Shown here: one piece after another, positions 63,046 through 64,000 of the stretch
Layout of the letters: each line of letters opens with the position of its first letter
Numbering within the stretch: the first letter of the stretch is position 1
NCBI GenBank assembly: GCA_038087875.1
Contig: JAXLNO010000110.1
Location: 310,001 to 374,000 of the forward strand
Source: Malacoraja senta
Taxonomy: Eukaryota
Direction: 5' to 3'
Length of the DNA stretch: 64,000 nt
Notes under the pieces: generated by a model
Databases searched by the model: none
Told to the model about the DNA's origin: nothing
What the model saw: only the letters and a program-made list of their open reading frames with translations
Program-made: the position numbers and the translations under genes

Positions 63046-64000
63046 TAATAATGGACCCATCTCTCTTCACACTTCATCAGTAAAGTAGGGGATGATTCAC
63101 AACCTGGACTTTTAATGGGCTCCAACTAGGCCGCAGGCTCCAGTAGGCCCAAATTGGCCCAAAGAGCAGGATGCAGGAACAGAGGCGTCTAGTTTGGTTT
63201 AGAGATACAGAGCGGAAACAGGCCCTTCGGCCCACAGTGTCCCTGCCGACCACCAGATCCCACACATTAACGTCATCCTACACCCACTAGAAGCCAATTA
63301 ACCCACAAACCCTGGACGACTTTGGAGTGTGAGAGGAAACCCGGAGCACCCGGGAAACCCACACGGGCCACGGGAGAGTGTGTACAACGTAGATACGTCC
63401 AAGGAAGGATGATCAGCCATGATCACATTGAATGGCGGTGCTGGCTCGAAGGCCCGAATGGCCTACTCCTGCACTGTTGTCGATTGTCTCGATGCGAAAC
63501 GTCACCCATTCCTTCTCTCCGGAGATGCTGCTTGTCCCCGCTGAGTTACTGCGGCATTTTGTGTCTACCTGAGAACATGCAAACTCCGTACGACAGCACC
63601 ACATAGTCAGGATCGAACCCGGGGTCTCTGGCGCTGTGAGGCAGCAACTCTACCCGCTGCGCCATCGTACTGCCCAGAAGGAGGAACTGCAGATGCTGAT
63701 TTACACCAACAATAGCAACAAATTGTTGGAGTAACTCAGCGGGTCAGGCAGTAAAAAAAATGTATATTTGATGTTTCGGGTCGAGACCCTTCTTCAGACT
63801 TTAGAACACAAAGTGCTGGAAGAACTCAGCAGGTCAGGTTATCAATAGAGGACATTAATAGGCGACCTTCTGCGGACTCCTTTCAGTCTGAAGAAGGGAC
63901 CCGACCCAAAACGTCGTCAATTAATTCCCTCCACAGATGCTACTTGACCCGCTGAGTTACTACAGTGTAGAGAGAGTCATAGAGCAGGAGGAAACAGGCC

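Overview
Eukaryotic, repeat-dense vertebrate DNA, most likely from a cartilaginous fish (skate/ray). This rests on abundant HE1-type V-SINEs that share a 3' tail with HER1/CR1 LINEs. The window covers the 5' part of a minus-strand GATAD2B (p66-beta, NuRD subunit) gene. Two coding exons are clear (6814-7117 and 5501-5703, the latter with the GATA-type zinc finger). A probable 5'UTR exon (42479-42617) and a CpG-island promoter (~62.2-63.05 kb) are also present. The upstream coding exons are not visible and probably lie in the 200-N gap behind a 4.4-kb G-rich minisatellite. The rest is intronic mobile DNA: CR1, Rex1/Babar (one 558-aa open RT frame), Penelope-like fragments with minimal hammerhead motifs, V-SINEs, two decayed Tc1 transposons, and several hAT/P-like MITEs with exact TSDs. 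The most striking feature is a ~190-bp TSD-flanked retroposon at 53872-54064. It begins with an HDV-like ribozyme fold whose core sequence closely matches the mammalian CPEB3 ribozyme and ends in an (AAG)n tail. Coordinates of decayed repeats are approximate and family names come from recall, not database searches.
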